Positions 11,710 to 23,833 of a stretch of 46,540 nt of DNA are shown here, in pieces. Origin of the DNA: Octopus sinensis (Eukaryota); assembly GCF_006345805.1 (NCBI RefSeq), contig NW_021835035.1, positions 1 through 46,540 on the forward strand, in the 5' to 3' direction. The notes beneath the pieces are model-generated. The model ran no database searches. It worked only from the letters and a program-made list of their open reading frames with translations, and was not told where the DNA came from. Position numbers and translations under genes: made by a program. The first letter of the stretch is position 1; every line of letters starts with the position of its first letter.

Positions 11710-12577
11710 CAATCTTGTATTTCATTACATTTCGTACACGTTCCAAATAAATGTTGACTTTCTTTACATTGTTACATTAGTGACACACAGAAATTTTGGA
11801 AGATTCATTTATTTTTCATTTCAGTAGCAAATAGCTTTTAGAAAATATCCCATGGATCATGGTGAGAGAAACAAATTCATGAATACAGTGGTGAATATAG
11901 TTTCAATGTGGAAAACCATTAAGGGCGATTTAAGCTGTTGTTTTTAGCACATCAATACTGGGACTTTCTCAACATCACTATTATAAGACATGATAGGAAA
12001 ACAGTTTTCCAACATGTGTAACATTTTTGTTTACTCATTTTATGGCTTGGAGGTGAAAAAGGAAGTCTTTCCCTTATTTCCATTACACTGAAGCAAAAAA
12101 AATTATTTATGAATTTCTTTCAAAAAAATGCCCACATATTTCTCTATAACCTAATCTAGGCTGTTTGAAAGATATTTATATAAAATTTCACTAAAAGATA
12201 TCTATTTCTCTAAAAGTTATGAGGGATATATCGAATTTTGTAAATTTTCCGAAATCCGCCCCCTACACCGCGATGGCGCAAATTTTTGTTTTCTTATTCG
12301 TTTAATACATATTTTTTCACACCTATTATTCTTTTTGCTTTTTGTTTTGGTGGCCGGGTATTTAAACTGAAGATTAACCGATTACATTTGCTAAATTAGT
12401 GAGTTTCGAACACTGGAATATTTCTTTTCGAAATATTCCCTAATAAAAATCTTTATAACCATAACTATACTACAGGAAGTATGTTTTGCACCTATATTGA
12501 CGTACATTTCGTTTCGCTAGAATTTCGTGTGTGTAGATTTTGCTGTTAAAATTTAACCTCCTTCCAGTCTTACATTT

Positions 12578-12930
12578 TCTGGTATTACAGCTATCTTCCT
12601 CAATGCGTGAGGAACTGCTCATTCCATGTTCAAGCTCCCTCTAAATCATGCAATGAAAGAATCTCAAACACTGCAAACTTGTTTCATTGTTTGGGATGCG
12701 GGCACTGTCGTATCGTGAAGCTTTAGAGGTACTTGATCGTGCCCTTCAAAATATAATAACAAAACAATAGCACGCTTATGAGGGGTATAACAATTCTTGC
12801 AGGAGATGAGGTCAATGCATGATTTTAAAAAATTGTACCTTTGGAGACACGCGTAAAAACATCATCTTACAAGCAACATGGCTGTATTTCTACAAGGTGA
12901 TCATAAAAGCTTCTTAATATTGGTTATGGG
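12578..12930 (+). pseudogene. Helitron PIF1-like helicase remnant (not in ORF track)
   Basis: Manual translation across frameshifts: SGITAIFLNA*GTAHSMFKLPL...FIVWDAGT...EALEVLDRALQNI...GITILAGDEVNA...LLNIGYG. Confidence 0.75.
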
Positions 12931-13139
12931 TTGATTAACATTCAACCATAGACTTCAGCTACATGAACTTACATACAGTCAAATAATTTCTCTTAGGGAT
13001 CTTTCCTAATTTTTCTGTTAATTACATTGATGTAAATTACATCATGTAATTTCACATCATGTAATTTCACTAAGTTCACTCAGTAGTTAAATGCCATTAT
13101 GAAAACGCAGTAAATCTGAATCACCCTAGTACTTTACTT

Positions 13140-13235
13140 TTCCCTGATGAAGGAGGCAGTATCCATTAATGGATATAAATATCCTTTATTTGACTGGACA
13201 ACTGGACACCCAGAAACGGCTATCGGATTATTAAT
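13140..13235 (+). other. Degenerate HHR-like motif in a probable PLE terminus
   Basis: CTGATGA at 13144 ... GAAACGGCTA; stems II and III imperfect. Confidence 0.35.
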
Positions 13236-13454
13236 ACCCGAACCACTTATGTTTTACTTTTTCTCGACTCAACTTTTTAACTCGTTATATTGTGTCGTTT
13301 ATATTCTGCAAGTCGATCTATATATGTATTTATATTTTCAATATATTTTAAATGTATTTATATATTTATATATTTATGTATTTACATATTTGTAATGTAT
13401 TCATAAGTCTTTATATTTTTATTATATTTCTATATCTATATATCTTTATTAAGT

Positions 13455-13742
13455 GGAGGCGCAATGGCCCAGTGGTTAGAGCAGCGGACTCGCGGTCGTA
13501 GGATCGTGGTTTCGATTCCCAGACCGGCCGTTGTGAGTGTTTATTGAGCGAAAAAACCTTAAAGCTCCGCGAGGCTCCGGCAGGGGTGGTGATCCCTGCT
13601 GTAGTCTTTCACCACTCTTTCTCTCATTCTTTCTTCTATTGGCCTGCTCGCTTAGCCAGTGGGGTGGCGTTATTCGAAGGCTAAAAATCAATGAGAACGC
13701 ATTGTGACCAGCGATGTGCAACAACATCTGATGGTCTGGTCT
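13455..13742 (+). mobile_element. tRNA-derived SINE family A
   Basis: Homologous to 689 and 11323. Confidence 0.85.
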
Positions 13743-14134
13743 TTTAAAAAAAAATATATCTTTATTATAGTTATGCATCTATATAGTTTTAATACGTTTG
13801 ATGTATTAAATATATTTTTAGAAATTCATACATATTGGTTCTATGGTTGAATATATGTATTACTAGCTTAAAAACTACCCTATCGTACAAATATTTATTT
13901 GTAGCAGCTGCTACATATCTAAACTCTTGTTCGTATTTTGAAGGAAAATTACGACACAGGTGCTAAACACTAGTTAAAGTGTGACTTTTGGTCTAAAGGT
14001 ATTTGGCCATAAAGATTTTTGAAATTTAGTATATTCTTAGTATTTTCTTAAATAATAGTAAAATAGATCCGGCAAATTTAATTAATATCCGAAAGAATAT
14101 TAAGTTTCAAGCATTTTTATGACAGGTAATACTC

Positions 14135-14342
14135 TTTTCTGCTATAGGCACAAGGCCCGAAAATTTTGGGGAGAGGGGCCAATCGATTACACCGACCTCA
14201 GTACGCAACTGGTACTTAATTTATCGCAACGGTGAAGAGCAAAATCGACTTCGGCGGAGTTTGAATTCAGAACGTAAAGACAGACAAAATATCGCTAAGC
14301 AATTCACTCGGCGTGCTAATGGTTTTGCCAGCTCGCCGCCTT
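14135..14342 (-). mobile_element. SINE family C (Nin/Deu-domain-like)
   Basis: Minus strand AAGGCGGCGAGCTGGC...TTCTGAATTCAAACTCCGCCGAAGTCGA...ATAAATTAAGTACCAG. Confidence 0.75.
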
Positions 14343-15300
14343 TATGAGAAGTAATATTGCATAGGAGAGTGAGTTTAGTACGTATTTCAGTTCTGAACGA
14401 TATGAAGCACTTGTTGTGGTTAGATTACTTGATAGACTTATAAGTTTTTGAGAAATATATTTTCAAAATATTAGGATTATATGTGAATTCATTTAACTAA
14501 CTTGTTTCATATTTCGATAGTAATCCAACTCTTCAGTCTTTTCTTACACACACACACACACACCACACACACACACATATATATATATATAGTTATGTCA
14601 TTTTTTATGTTCTATTTATACTTATATCTGCACACATACATGTGTACACATATAATTATATGCAAATGTGTACATATACATATATATTATACATACATAC
14701 ATGCATATATATATATAACTACTATATATATCATGATTATATTCTCTTATATAGATACATATAATATTTACACATATAATATATATGATTTCGAAACGTA
14801 CGTCCGTAGATAACTTTAAAAATGTTTGATAGATTGCAGTTATTCATTCTCTCTTACCTGTTTGTGTCAGCCTTCCAATTGCTGTTTTTACTGAGATCTC
14901 CCTTTTTAGTAGAAGAAATAGCTATACCCTTTGACTGCTATTTCTAATTCGGTATGTGGTAAGGCAATTCGTTGCTAAACCCTTATTGCTTAGTATTACT
15001 TAATTTTCCTCGAATGAGGCTTTTACATGCCGAAGACTACTTGGTGTAATTGATAATTATTCCAAATTAATTAATTTCACCCTTCATTATTACGGATAAC
15101 CATATTTTATCTCAGTAGATGACCACAGCATCTTGTTTTGGCTACACGCGGGTGGGAAGGGGCTGTTGACACAATCGTTTCATTCACAAATTTGAATTCG
15201 GTGATACTAGTTGCGGATTCTAGCTCGCTCTGATACTGAGTTGAGTTGGTGCCTCCTAGTATCTCAAAATTCAATATATAATCATTTATGATTATAGTAT

Positions 15301-15405
15301 TCTACGCTGAAGAGAAAAGAAGTTCGGTAAGATAGAATTATTTAATTTTAATATTTAATTCTTATGCTTTCCTAAAAACTTGATTTCGAAACGTACGTCC
15401 GTAGA
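15301..15405 (+). ncRNA. Type I hammerhead ribozyme, array copy 1
   Basis: UCUACG-CUGAAGA-GAAA..long stem II..UUUC-GAA-ACGUACGU-C-CGUAGA; predicted cut after GUC 15399. Confidence 0.85.
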
Positions 15406-15899
15406 TAACTTTAAAAATGTTTGATAGATTGCAGTTAATTCATTCTCTCTTACCTGTTTGTGTCAGCCTTCCAATTGCTGTTTTTACTGAGATCTCCCTT
15501 TTTAGTAGAAGAAATAGCTATAACCCTTTGACTGCTATTTCTAAATTCGGTATGTGGTAAGGCAATTCGTTGCTAAACCCTTATTGCTTAGTATTACTTA
15601 AATTTTCCTCGAATGAGGCTTTTACATGCCGAAGACTACTTGGTGTAATTGATAATTATTCCAAATTAATTAATTTCACCCTTCATTATTACGGATAACC
15701 ATATTTTATCTCAGTAGATGACCACAGCATCTTGTTTTGGCTACACGCGGGTGGGAAGGGGCTGTTGACACAATCGTTTCATTCACAAATTTGAATTCGG
15801 TGATACTAGTTGCGGATTCTAGCTCGCTCTGATACTGAGTTGAGTTGGTGCCTCCTAGTATCTCAAAATTCAATATATAATCATTTATGATTATAGTAT

Positions 15900-16005
15900 T
15901 CTACGCTGAAGAGAAGAAAGTTTCGGTAAGATAGAATTATTTAATATTTAATATTTAATTCTTATGCTTTCCTAAAAACTTGATTTCGAAACGTACGTCC
16001 GTAGA
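15900..16005 (+). ncRNA. Type I hammerhead ribozyme, array copy 2
   Basis: Same motif; predicted cut after 15999. Confidence 0.85.
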
Positions 16006-16498
16006 TAACTTAAAAAATGTTTGATAGATTGCAGTTAATTCATTCTCTCTTACCTGTTTGTGTCAGCCTTCCAATTGCTGTTTTTACTGAGATCTCCCTT
16101 TTTAGTAGAAGAAATAGCTATCCCCTTGACTGCTATTTCTAAATTCGGTATGTGGTAAGGCAATTCGTTGCTAAACCCTTATTGCTTAGTATTACTTAAA
16201 TTTTCCTCGAATGAGGCTTTTACATGCCGAAGACTACTTGGTGTAATTGATAATTATTCCAAATTAATTAATTTCACCCTTCATTATTACGGATAACCAT
16301 ATTTTATCTCAGTAGATGACCACAGCATCTTGTTTTGGCTACACGCGGGTGGGAAGGGGCTGTTGACACAATCGTTTCATTCACAAATTTGAATTCGGTG
16401 ATACTAGTTGCGGATTCTAGCTCGCTCTGATACTGAGTTGAGTTGGTTGCCTCCTAGTATCTCAAAATTCAATATATAATCATTTATGATTATAGTAT

Positions 16499-16603
16499 TC
16501 TACGCTGAAGAGAAAAGAAGTTTCGGTAAGATAGAATTATTTAATATTTAATATTAATTTTATGCTTTCCTAAAAACTTGATTTCGAAACGTACGTCCGT
16601 AGA
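16499..16603 (+). ncRNA. Type I hammerhead ribozyme, array copy 3
   Basis: Same motif; predicted cut after 16597. Confidence 0.85.
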
Positions 16604-16849
16604 TAACTTTAAAAATGTTTGATAGATTGCAGTTAATTCATTCTCTCTTACCTGTTTGGTGTCAGCCTTCCAATTGCTGTTTTTACTGAGATCTCCCTTT
16701 TTAGTAGAAGAAATAGCTATAACCCTTTGACTGCTATTTCTAAATTCGGTATGTGGTAAGGCAATTCGTTGCTAAACCCTTATTGCTTAGTATAGTGTAT
16801 ATATATATATAAATATATATAATATATATTGTATGTATGTTGTATGTGT

Positions 16850-17110
16850 GTGTATTACTTAGTATAGAAATTTTTAGTACAATGTTAATGATAATATATT
16901 TAAATTTATTTTTATTATTGATAATATCTTTCTTTATTAATTGAATTACTTTATGGAGGTTTTATCTCTTAATTCTATATATATACATACACACACACAT
17001 ATATATATATGTCCCTTCCAGGACAGCGGCATTATGTTGGCAAATAGCCTTTCCTTTAAAGAATTGTTACTGAATATCTCCCTTTGAAAGATTTAGAAAT
17101 AATAATGTTT
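16850..17110. repeat. Spacer segment, three copies (16850-17110, 19907-20160, 20303-20561)
   Basis: GTATTACTTAGTATAGAAATTTTTAGTAC...GATTTAGAAATAATAATG repeated. Confidence 0.9.
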
Positions 17111-17172
17111 TATATATATATTATATATATAATATGTATATATATATATATATATTATAATAATATATATAT

Positions 17173-17209
<37 letters not shown>

Positions 17210-17758
17210 TATACATATATATATACACACACATATATATATGATTTCGAAACGTACGTCCGTAGATAACTTTAAAAATGTTTGATAGATTGCAGTTAAT
17301 TCATTCTCTCTTACCTGTTTGTGTCAGCCTTCCAATTGCTGTTTTTACTGAGATCTCCCTTTTTAGTAGAAGAATAGCTATAACCCTTTGACTGCTATTT
17401 CTAAATTCGGTATGTGGTAAGGCAATTCGTTGCTAAACCCTTATTGCTTAGTATTACTTAAATTTTCCTCGAATGAGGCTTTTACATGCCGAAGACTACT
17501 TGGTGTAATTGATAATTATTCCAAATTAATTAATTTCACCCTTCATTATTACGGATACCATATTTTATCTCAGTAGATGACCACAGCATCTTGTTTTGGC
17601 TACACGCGGGTGGGAAGGGGCTGTTGACACAATCGTTTCATTCACAAATTTGAATTCGGTGATACTAGTTGCGGATTCTAGCTCGCTCTGATACTGAGTT
17701 GAGTTGGTGCCTCCTAGTATCTCAAAATTCAATATATAATCATTTATGATTATAGTAT

Positions 17759-17865
17759 TCTACGCTGAAGAGAAAAGAAGTTTCGGTAAGATAGAATTAT
17801 TTAATATTTAATATTTAATTCTTATGCTTTCCTAAAAACTTGATTTCGAAACGTACGTCCGTAGA
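17759..17865 (+). ncRNA. Type I hammerhead ribozyme, array copy 4
   Basis: Same motif; predicted cut after 17859. Confidence 0.85.
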
Positions 17866-18362
17866 TACTTTAAAAATGTTGATAGATTGCAGTTAATTCA
17901 TTCTCTCTTACTGTTTGTGTCAGCCTTCCAATTGCTGTTTTTACTGAGATCTCCCTTTTTAGTAGAAGAAATAGAAATAGCTAAAACTTTGAAGGCTTCG
18001 CTAGATTTCTTCGGTATGTGACGTAAGCAATTCGTTGAACTTGCTACTTATTGCTTAGTATTACTTAATTTTCCTCGAATGAGGCTTTTACATGCCGAAG
18101 ACTACTTGGTGTAATTGATAATTATTCCAAATTAATTAATTTCACCCTTCATTATTACGGATAACCATATTTTATCTCAGTAGATGACCACAGCATCTTG
18201 TTTTGGCTACACGCGTGTGGAAGGGCTGTTGACACAATCGTTTCATTCACACAATTTGAATTCGGTGATACTAGTTGCGGATTCTAGCTCGCTCTGATAC
18301 TGAGTTGAGTTGGTGCCTCCTAGTATCTCAAAATTCAATATAATCATTTATGATTATAGTAT

Positions 18363-18469
18363 TCTACGCTGAAGAGAAAAGAAGTTTCGGTAAGATAGAA
18401 TTATTTAATATTTAATATTTAATTCTTATGCTTTCCTAAAAACTTGATTTCGAAACGTACGTCCGTAGA
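18363..18469 (+). ncRNA. Type I hammerhead ribozyme, array copy 5
   Basis: Same motif; predicted cut after 18463. Confidence 0.85.
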
Positions 18470-18961
18470 TAACTTTAAAAATGTTTGATAGATTGCCAGT
18501 TAATTCATTCTCTCTTACCTGTTTGTGTCAGCCTTCCAATTGCTGTTTTTACTGAGATCTCCCTTTTTAGTAGAAGAAATAGCTATAACCCTTTGACTGC
18601 TATTTCTAAATTCGGTATGTGGTAAGGCAATTCGTTGCTAACCCTTATTGCTTAGTATTACTTAAATTTTCCTCGAATGAGGCTTTTACATGCCGAAGAC
18701 TACTTGGTGTAATTGATAATTATTCCAAATTAATTAATTTCACCCTTCATTATTACGGATAACCATATTTTATCTCAGTAGATGACCACAGCATCTTGTT
18801 TTGGCTACACGCGGGTGGGAAGGGGCTGTTGACAATCGTTTCATTCACAAATTTGAATTCGGTGATACTAGTTGCGGATTCTAGCTCGCTCTGATACTGA
18901 GTTGAGTTGGTGCCTCCTAGTATCTCAAAATTCAATATATAATCATTTATGATTATAGTAT

Positions 18962-19068
18962 TCTACGCTGAAGAGAAAAGAAGTTTCGGTAAGATAGAAT
19001 TATTTAATATTTAATATTTAATTCTTATGCTTTCCTAAAAACTTGATTTCGAAACGTACGTCCGTAGA
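18962..19068 (+). ncRNA. Type I hammerhead ribozyme, array copy 6
   Basis: Same motif; predicted cut after 19062. Confidence 0.85.
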
Positions 19069-19557
19069 TAACTTTAAAAATGTTTGATAGATTGCATTAA
19101 TTCATTCTCTCTTACCTGTTTGTGTCAGCCTTCCATTGCTGTTTTTACTGAGATCTCCTTTTTTTAGTAAGAAATAGCTATAACCCTTTGACTGCTATTT
19201 CTAAATTCGGTATGTGGTAGGGCAATTCGTTGCTATACCCTTTATTGCTTAGTATTACTTAAATTTTCCTCGAATGAGGCTTTTACATGCCGAAGACTAC
19301 TTGGTGTAATTGATAATTATTCCAAATTAATTAATTTCACCCTTCATTATTACGGATAACCATATTTTATCTCAGTAGATGACCACAGCATCTTGTTTTG
19401 GCTACACGCGGGTGGGAAGGGGCTGTTGACACAATCGTTTCATTCACAAGTTGAGTTCGGTGATACTAGTTGCGGATTCTAGCTCGCTCTGATACTGAGT
19501 TGAGTTGGTGCCTCCTAGTATCTCAAAATTCAATATAATCATTTATGATTATAGTAT

Positions 19558-19657
19558 TCTACGCTGAAGAGAAAAGAAGTTTCGGTAAGATAGAATTATT
19601 TAATATTTAATTCTTATGCTTTCCTAAAAACTTGATTTCGAAACGTACGTCCGTAGA
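19558..19657 (+). ncRNA. Type I hammerhead ribozyme, array copy 7
   Basis: Same motif with a shorter stem II loop; predicted cut after 19651. Confidence 0.85.
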
Positions 19658-19852
19658 TAACTTTAAAAATGTTTGATAGATTGCAGTTAATTCATTCTCT
19701 CTTACCTGTTTGTGTCAGCCTTCCAATTGCTGTTTTTACTGAGATCTCCCTTTTTAGTAGAAGAAATAGCTATAACCCTTTGACTGCTATTTCTAAATTC
19801 GGTATGTGGTAAGGCAATTCGTTGCTAAACCCTTATTGCTTAGTATATGTAT

Positions 19853-19897
<45 letters not shown>

Positions 19898-20153
19898 GTA
19901 TGTGTGTGTATTACTTAGTATAGAAATTTTTAGTACAATGTTAATGATAATATATTTAAATTTATATTTTATTATTGATAATATCTTTCTTTATAATTGA
20001 ATTACTTTATGGAGGTTTTATCTCTTAATTCTATTATATACATACACACACACATATATATATCTATGTCCCTTCCAGACAAGACGCATTATGTTGTGGC
20101 AATAGCCTTTCCTTAAAAAATTTTACTAATATCTCCTTTGAAATTTAGAATAT

Positions 20154-20185
<32 letters not shown>

Positions 20186-20243
20186 GATATATATATATAT
20201 ATATATTATATTATATATATATATATTATATACATTATATAAT

Positions 20244-20301
<58 letters not shown>

Positions 20302-20555
20302 GTGTATTACTTAGTATAGAAATTTTTAGTACAATGTTAATGATAATATATTTAAATTTATATTTTATTATTGATAATATCTTTCTTTATTAATTGAATA
20401 CTTATGGAGGTTTTATCTCTTAATTCTATATATATACATACACACACACTATATATATATATGTCCCTTCCAGGACAGCGGCATTATGTTGGCAAATAGC
20501 CTTTCCTTTAAAGAATTGTTACTGAATATCTCCCTTTGAAAGATTTAGAAATAAT

Positions 20556-20637
<82 letters not shown>

Positions 20638-20709
20638 TTATATATACATATATATATATATACATATATATAATATATTATATATATATATATATTATAT
20701 ATATATAAT

Positions 20710-21800
20710 ATTATTTGGTTCATCTAATACAATTATTCCAATTTAGAGGAGAAAAGCTTAAGAAAAAAATTGGGAACAAACTATCTCATGTGTATAATAA
20801 TTTTCAAGATTTTTTTTTATCTGTTTACTTGTATATTTACATACAATGGTTTGTAATTTGTTTGTTTCCCTAATTTAGTTTATTCCTAGTTTTTTTTTCC
20901 GTAAGTCTTTCTCTTCTCAATTGAATAAATTGTATTCGATGAACCAAATCTATAGCCATTCCTTAACTCATAGTAAGCAGCAATCATTTAGTACTTCCTG
21001 TTTTCGCTTTGGTATGTCCATAAATGAATTTATTCCTAGATCTTATTTTACCATTCACCTATATATGAATATCTACTTCTAGTTTTGAGAGCTTTATATT
21101 TAAATATTTATACATTCGACTATTTAATTTTCATTTTTAAATTGTACTTTAACTTACTGAACTGACTCATATCTAAGCACTTATTCTCATTTTATTATCG
21201 TATTTTATTTCCTATTTTTGTATCTATTTATTTATTTATGTTAAATATCATATCTCCGTATCTTAGCAACTAAACATATTTACCTCCGTTGTTTCACTAT
21301 ATCAACGCTGCATATCTAAAATCTTTATATTAAAGTTTGTCCTATAGCTCTTTATCTTTACTAGTCTAGATCAATAATAACACTTTAAGGGATGGAAGGT
21401 AATAACTTATAATTCTTTATTCATTTATATTTTATTTCTCGTTCTCTATTTTTACTCTACTCTATCTGTTTTATGTATTTAATATAAATTATTCATTTTT
21501 ATTTATAGTTTATATCTACTATAACATTGAGTAAATGTTCTTATATGTCTTTTAAGTATTTCAATTTTTTAGTAAGTTATTTATTTCCTAATAGTCGTCC
21601 ACCGTAACCATACATTAGCAACTATACATATTTGAATTAAACTCCACATACTAAATTTATATTGATTTAATAAGAATAGATATAATAGCACAATATGACA
21701 TTTTTATCAATTATATCTACTTGAGTTTTATCATACCTAACACACCGGATAAATATATTGTTTTACGAATTTTATTGCATTGGATAAAATCTTGCGTGCA
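20710..21800 (-). mobile_element. Possible heavily decayed L1/Tx1-like ORF2 segment
   Basis: Minus strand is A-rich; manual translation gives KIRSRNKF and FGSSNTIYSIEKRK, loosely like the L1 IRSR...GEKNTKYF..LEKR linker; many stops. Confidence 0.3.
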
Positions 21801-22184
21801 GTGTATAAAAATGTGTGTGTCGGGTCTCATATGCTTGGGGGTATATGCTGGGGTGGTAGGAGACACCACCCTTCTCACAGCAACCACAAATTGGTTTTGT
21901 TAATCCGCCTCCGACAACAGAGAGCAATCGCCAAAATTCCCTTCCATATCAGCTAACTCTAACGAGCGTAAGGTTATACAGTCTGATTGTTACCACACAT
22001 TCCTTTATATTCCTTGTGCGAAACCGACTGGTGAGATCAGCCGTGCTGGATATATAATACTGCGCATTTCGGATAATATACCTACTTTATTGACAGATAT
22101 AAGAATATATCTTCTGTTTGACTTATGGTCTCTCAGACAACTCACGCACGCTTATATATATATATATATATAAATATATATATA

Positions 22185-22238
<54 letters not shown>

Positions 22239-22734
22239 TACATATATACATAAATATATACACACACATGCACACACACATACACACACGCAAATATATA
22301 TATATAGACGTATATAGGTATGTATGTACAATATATTCCCATAATACAGTCTGAATATCTATGTTACGTGTGTGGATGTGTGTTTGTGCGTATGTGTGTT
22401 TGTGTGTACGTGTGTTAGTGTGTACGTGTGTGCGTGTAATATTTTTATCGTACTAATTGCTACATATCTTTATTCATAGTGTTCGTTAATTGATTAATGT
22501 AAAATATGTATCGGCAACTCTTTCCATACTGTCAATTGATGAGAAAATAGATAAAACAATAAATATGCGTTTATCGTTTTTTAGCACCATTTTGGATTTG
22601 ACATTTGCAATCTTTAAATTATATTTTACGAACAGAAAAATAGAATTACGACTACAGCCTATAACTGTATATTTAATGATGCATAACATATAAGCTCATA
22701 GCAAACAATAAGCTTATAGCAACGCACACACCCA

Positions 22735-22940
22735 TGGAGGTAAGATGGTAAGATTCTGGTTTCGGTCACAGTACCGGGCGACGCGTTGTGTTCTTGAGCA
22801 AAGGACTTGATTTCACGTTGCTCCAGTTCACTCAGTTGTGACCGAGTGGGGTCACGGCCAGCTGGGGAATATATATGCCATGGAAACAGGGAAACCGGCC
22901 GTTTCAGTCTATATGACTCGGGATATAACTTTACTTTTCA
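22735..22940 (+). mobile_element. SINE-like element, family D
   Basis: GTGTTCTTGAGCAAAGGACTTGATTTCACGTTGCTCCAG core and CCATGGAAACAGGGAAACCGGCC tail; related reverse fragment near 42020-42135. Confidence 0.55.
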
Positions 22941-23109
22941 TACACACATATACATAGGCATAGGAGTGGCTTGCTTCCGAACCACATGGTTTCGGGTTCA
23001 GTCCCACTGCGTGGCACCTTGGGCAAATGTCTTCTACTATAGCCTGGGCCGACCAAAGCCTTGTGACTGGATTTGGTAGAAGGGAACGGAAAGTAGCCCG
23101 TCGTATATA

Positions 23110-23154
<45 letters not shown>

Positions 23155-23265
23155 CCGGATTAAAAGTAAGTGTAAAACAAAATGTGAAACAAGGTGGAAA
23201 AAAGAGACTCAAATCAGTGGTAGAGTAATATGCTTTATTTAAAGCAGCAGAAAATTCAACAAAAC

Positions 23266-23303
23266 CTGTTACTCTGAGTTTCACGTTCCCGTTCGTCGGA
23301 CAG
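23266..23303 (-). ncRNA. Minimal HHR motif (C4 variant), mirror copy
   Basis: Reverse complement of 23419-23456. Confidence 0.6.
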
Positions 23304-23418
23304 TTTTTGCTAGAATAGAACCGATATGTCAATAAAAAAATGGACTTGTTTGATTGGTCCTTTACAAATAACGGTCAATTTCGATAGAATTGACATATCG
23401 GTTCTATTCTAGCAAAAA

Positions 23419-23456
23419 CTGTCCGACGAACGGGAACGTGAAACTCAGAGTAACAG
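23419..23456 (+). ncRNA. Minimal HHR motif (C4 variant)
   Basis: CUGU-CCGACGA-ACG-GGAA-CGU-GAA-ACUCAGAGU-A-ACAG; GUA at 23450-23452. Confidence 0.6.
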
Positions 23457-23488
23457 GTTTTGTTGAATTTTCTGCTGCTTTAAATAAA

Positions 23489-23538
<50 letters not shown>

Positions 23539-23833
23539 TGGTATGTATGTATGTATGTATGTATGTATGTATGTATGTATGTATGCATGTGTGTGTGTAT
23601 ATGTTTGTGTGAATGTGTTTGTTCCCCTCCGCCAAAATCGCTTAACAACCGACAAAAGACATCGATGGAATAGGTACTAGGCTTACAAAGAATAAGTCCT
23701 GGGGTCGATTTGCTCGACTAAAGGCGGTGCTCCAGCATGGCTGCAGTCAAATGCCTGAAACAAATAAAAGAGTAGAAAAGAGTAAAGAGTATATGTATAT
23801 ACACACACACACATATATATATATAAATTATAG

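Larger units (their letters stand above)
14787..19845 (+). repeat. Head-to-tail array of ~600-bp HHR-containing units (7 full + 2 partial, in two blocks)
   Basis: Unit starts (GATTTCGAAACGTACGTCCGTAG) at 14787, 15382, 15982, 16580, then 17243, 17842, 18446, 19045, 19634. Confidence 0.95.
23233..23489. repeat. Fold-back: 101-bp inverted arms (23233-23333 / 23389-23489), 55-bp spacer
   Basis: Arms read as exact reverse complements by eye. Confidence 0.9.
22960..23770 (+). mobile_element. SINE family B split by the fold-back HHR insertion in its internal microsatellite
   Basis: 5' half 22960-23105, 3' half about 23600-23770. Confidence 0.8.

Noticed and set aside
14787-19845. CRISPR-like array or protein-coding tandem gene (ORFs 18753-18935, 19806-20000)
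   Set aside because: Units are fully repeated ~600-mers with no variable spacers, the context is eukaryotic, and all six frames are interrupted by stops
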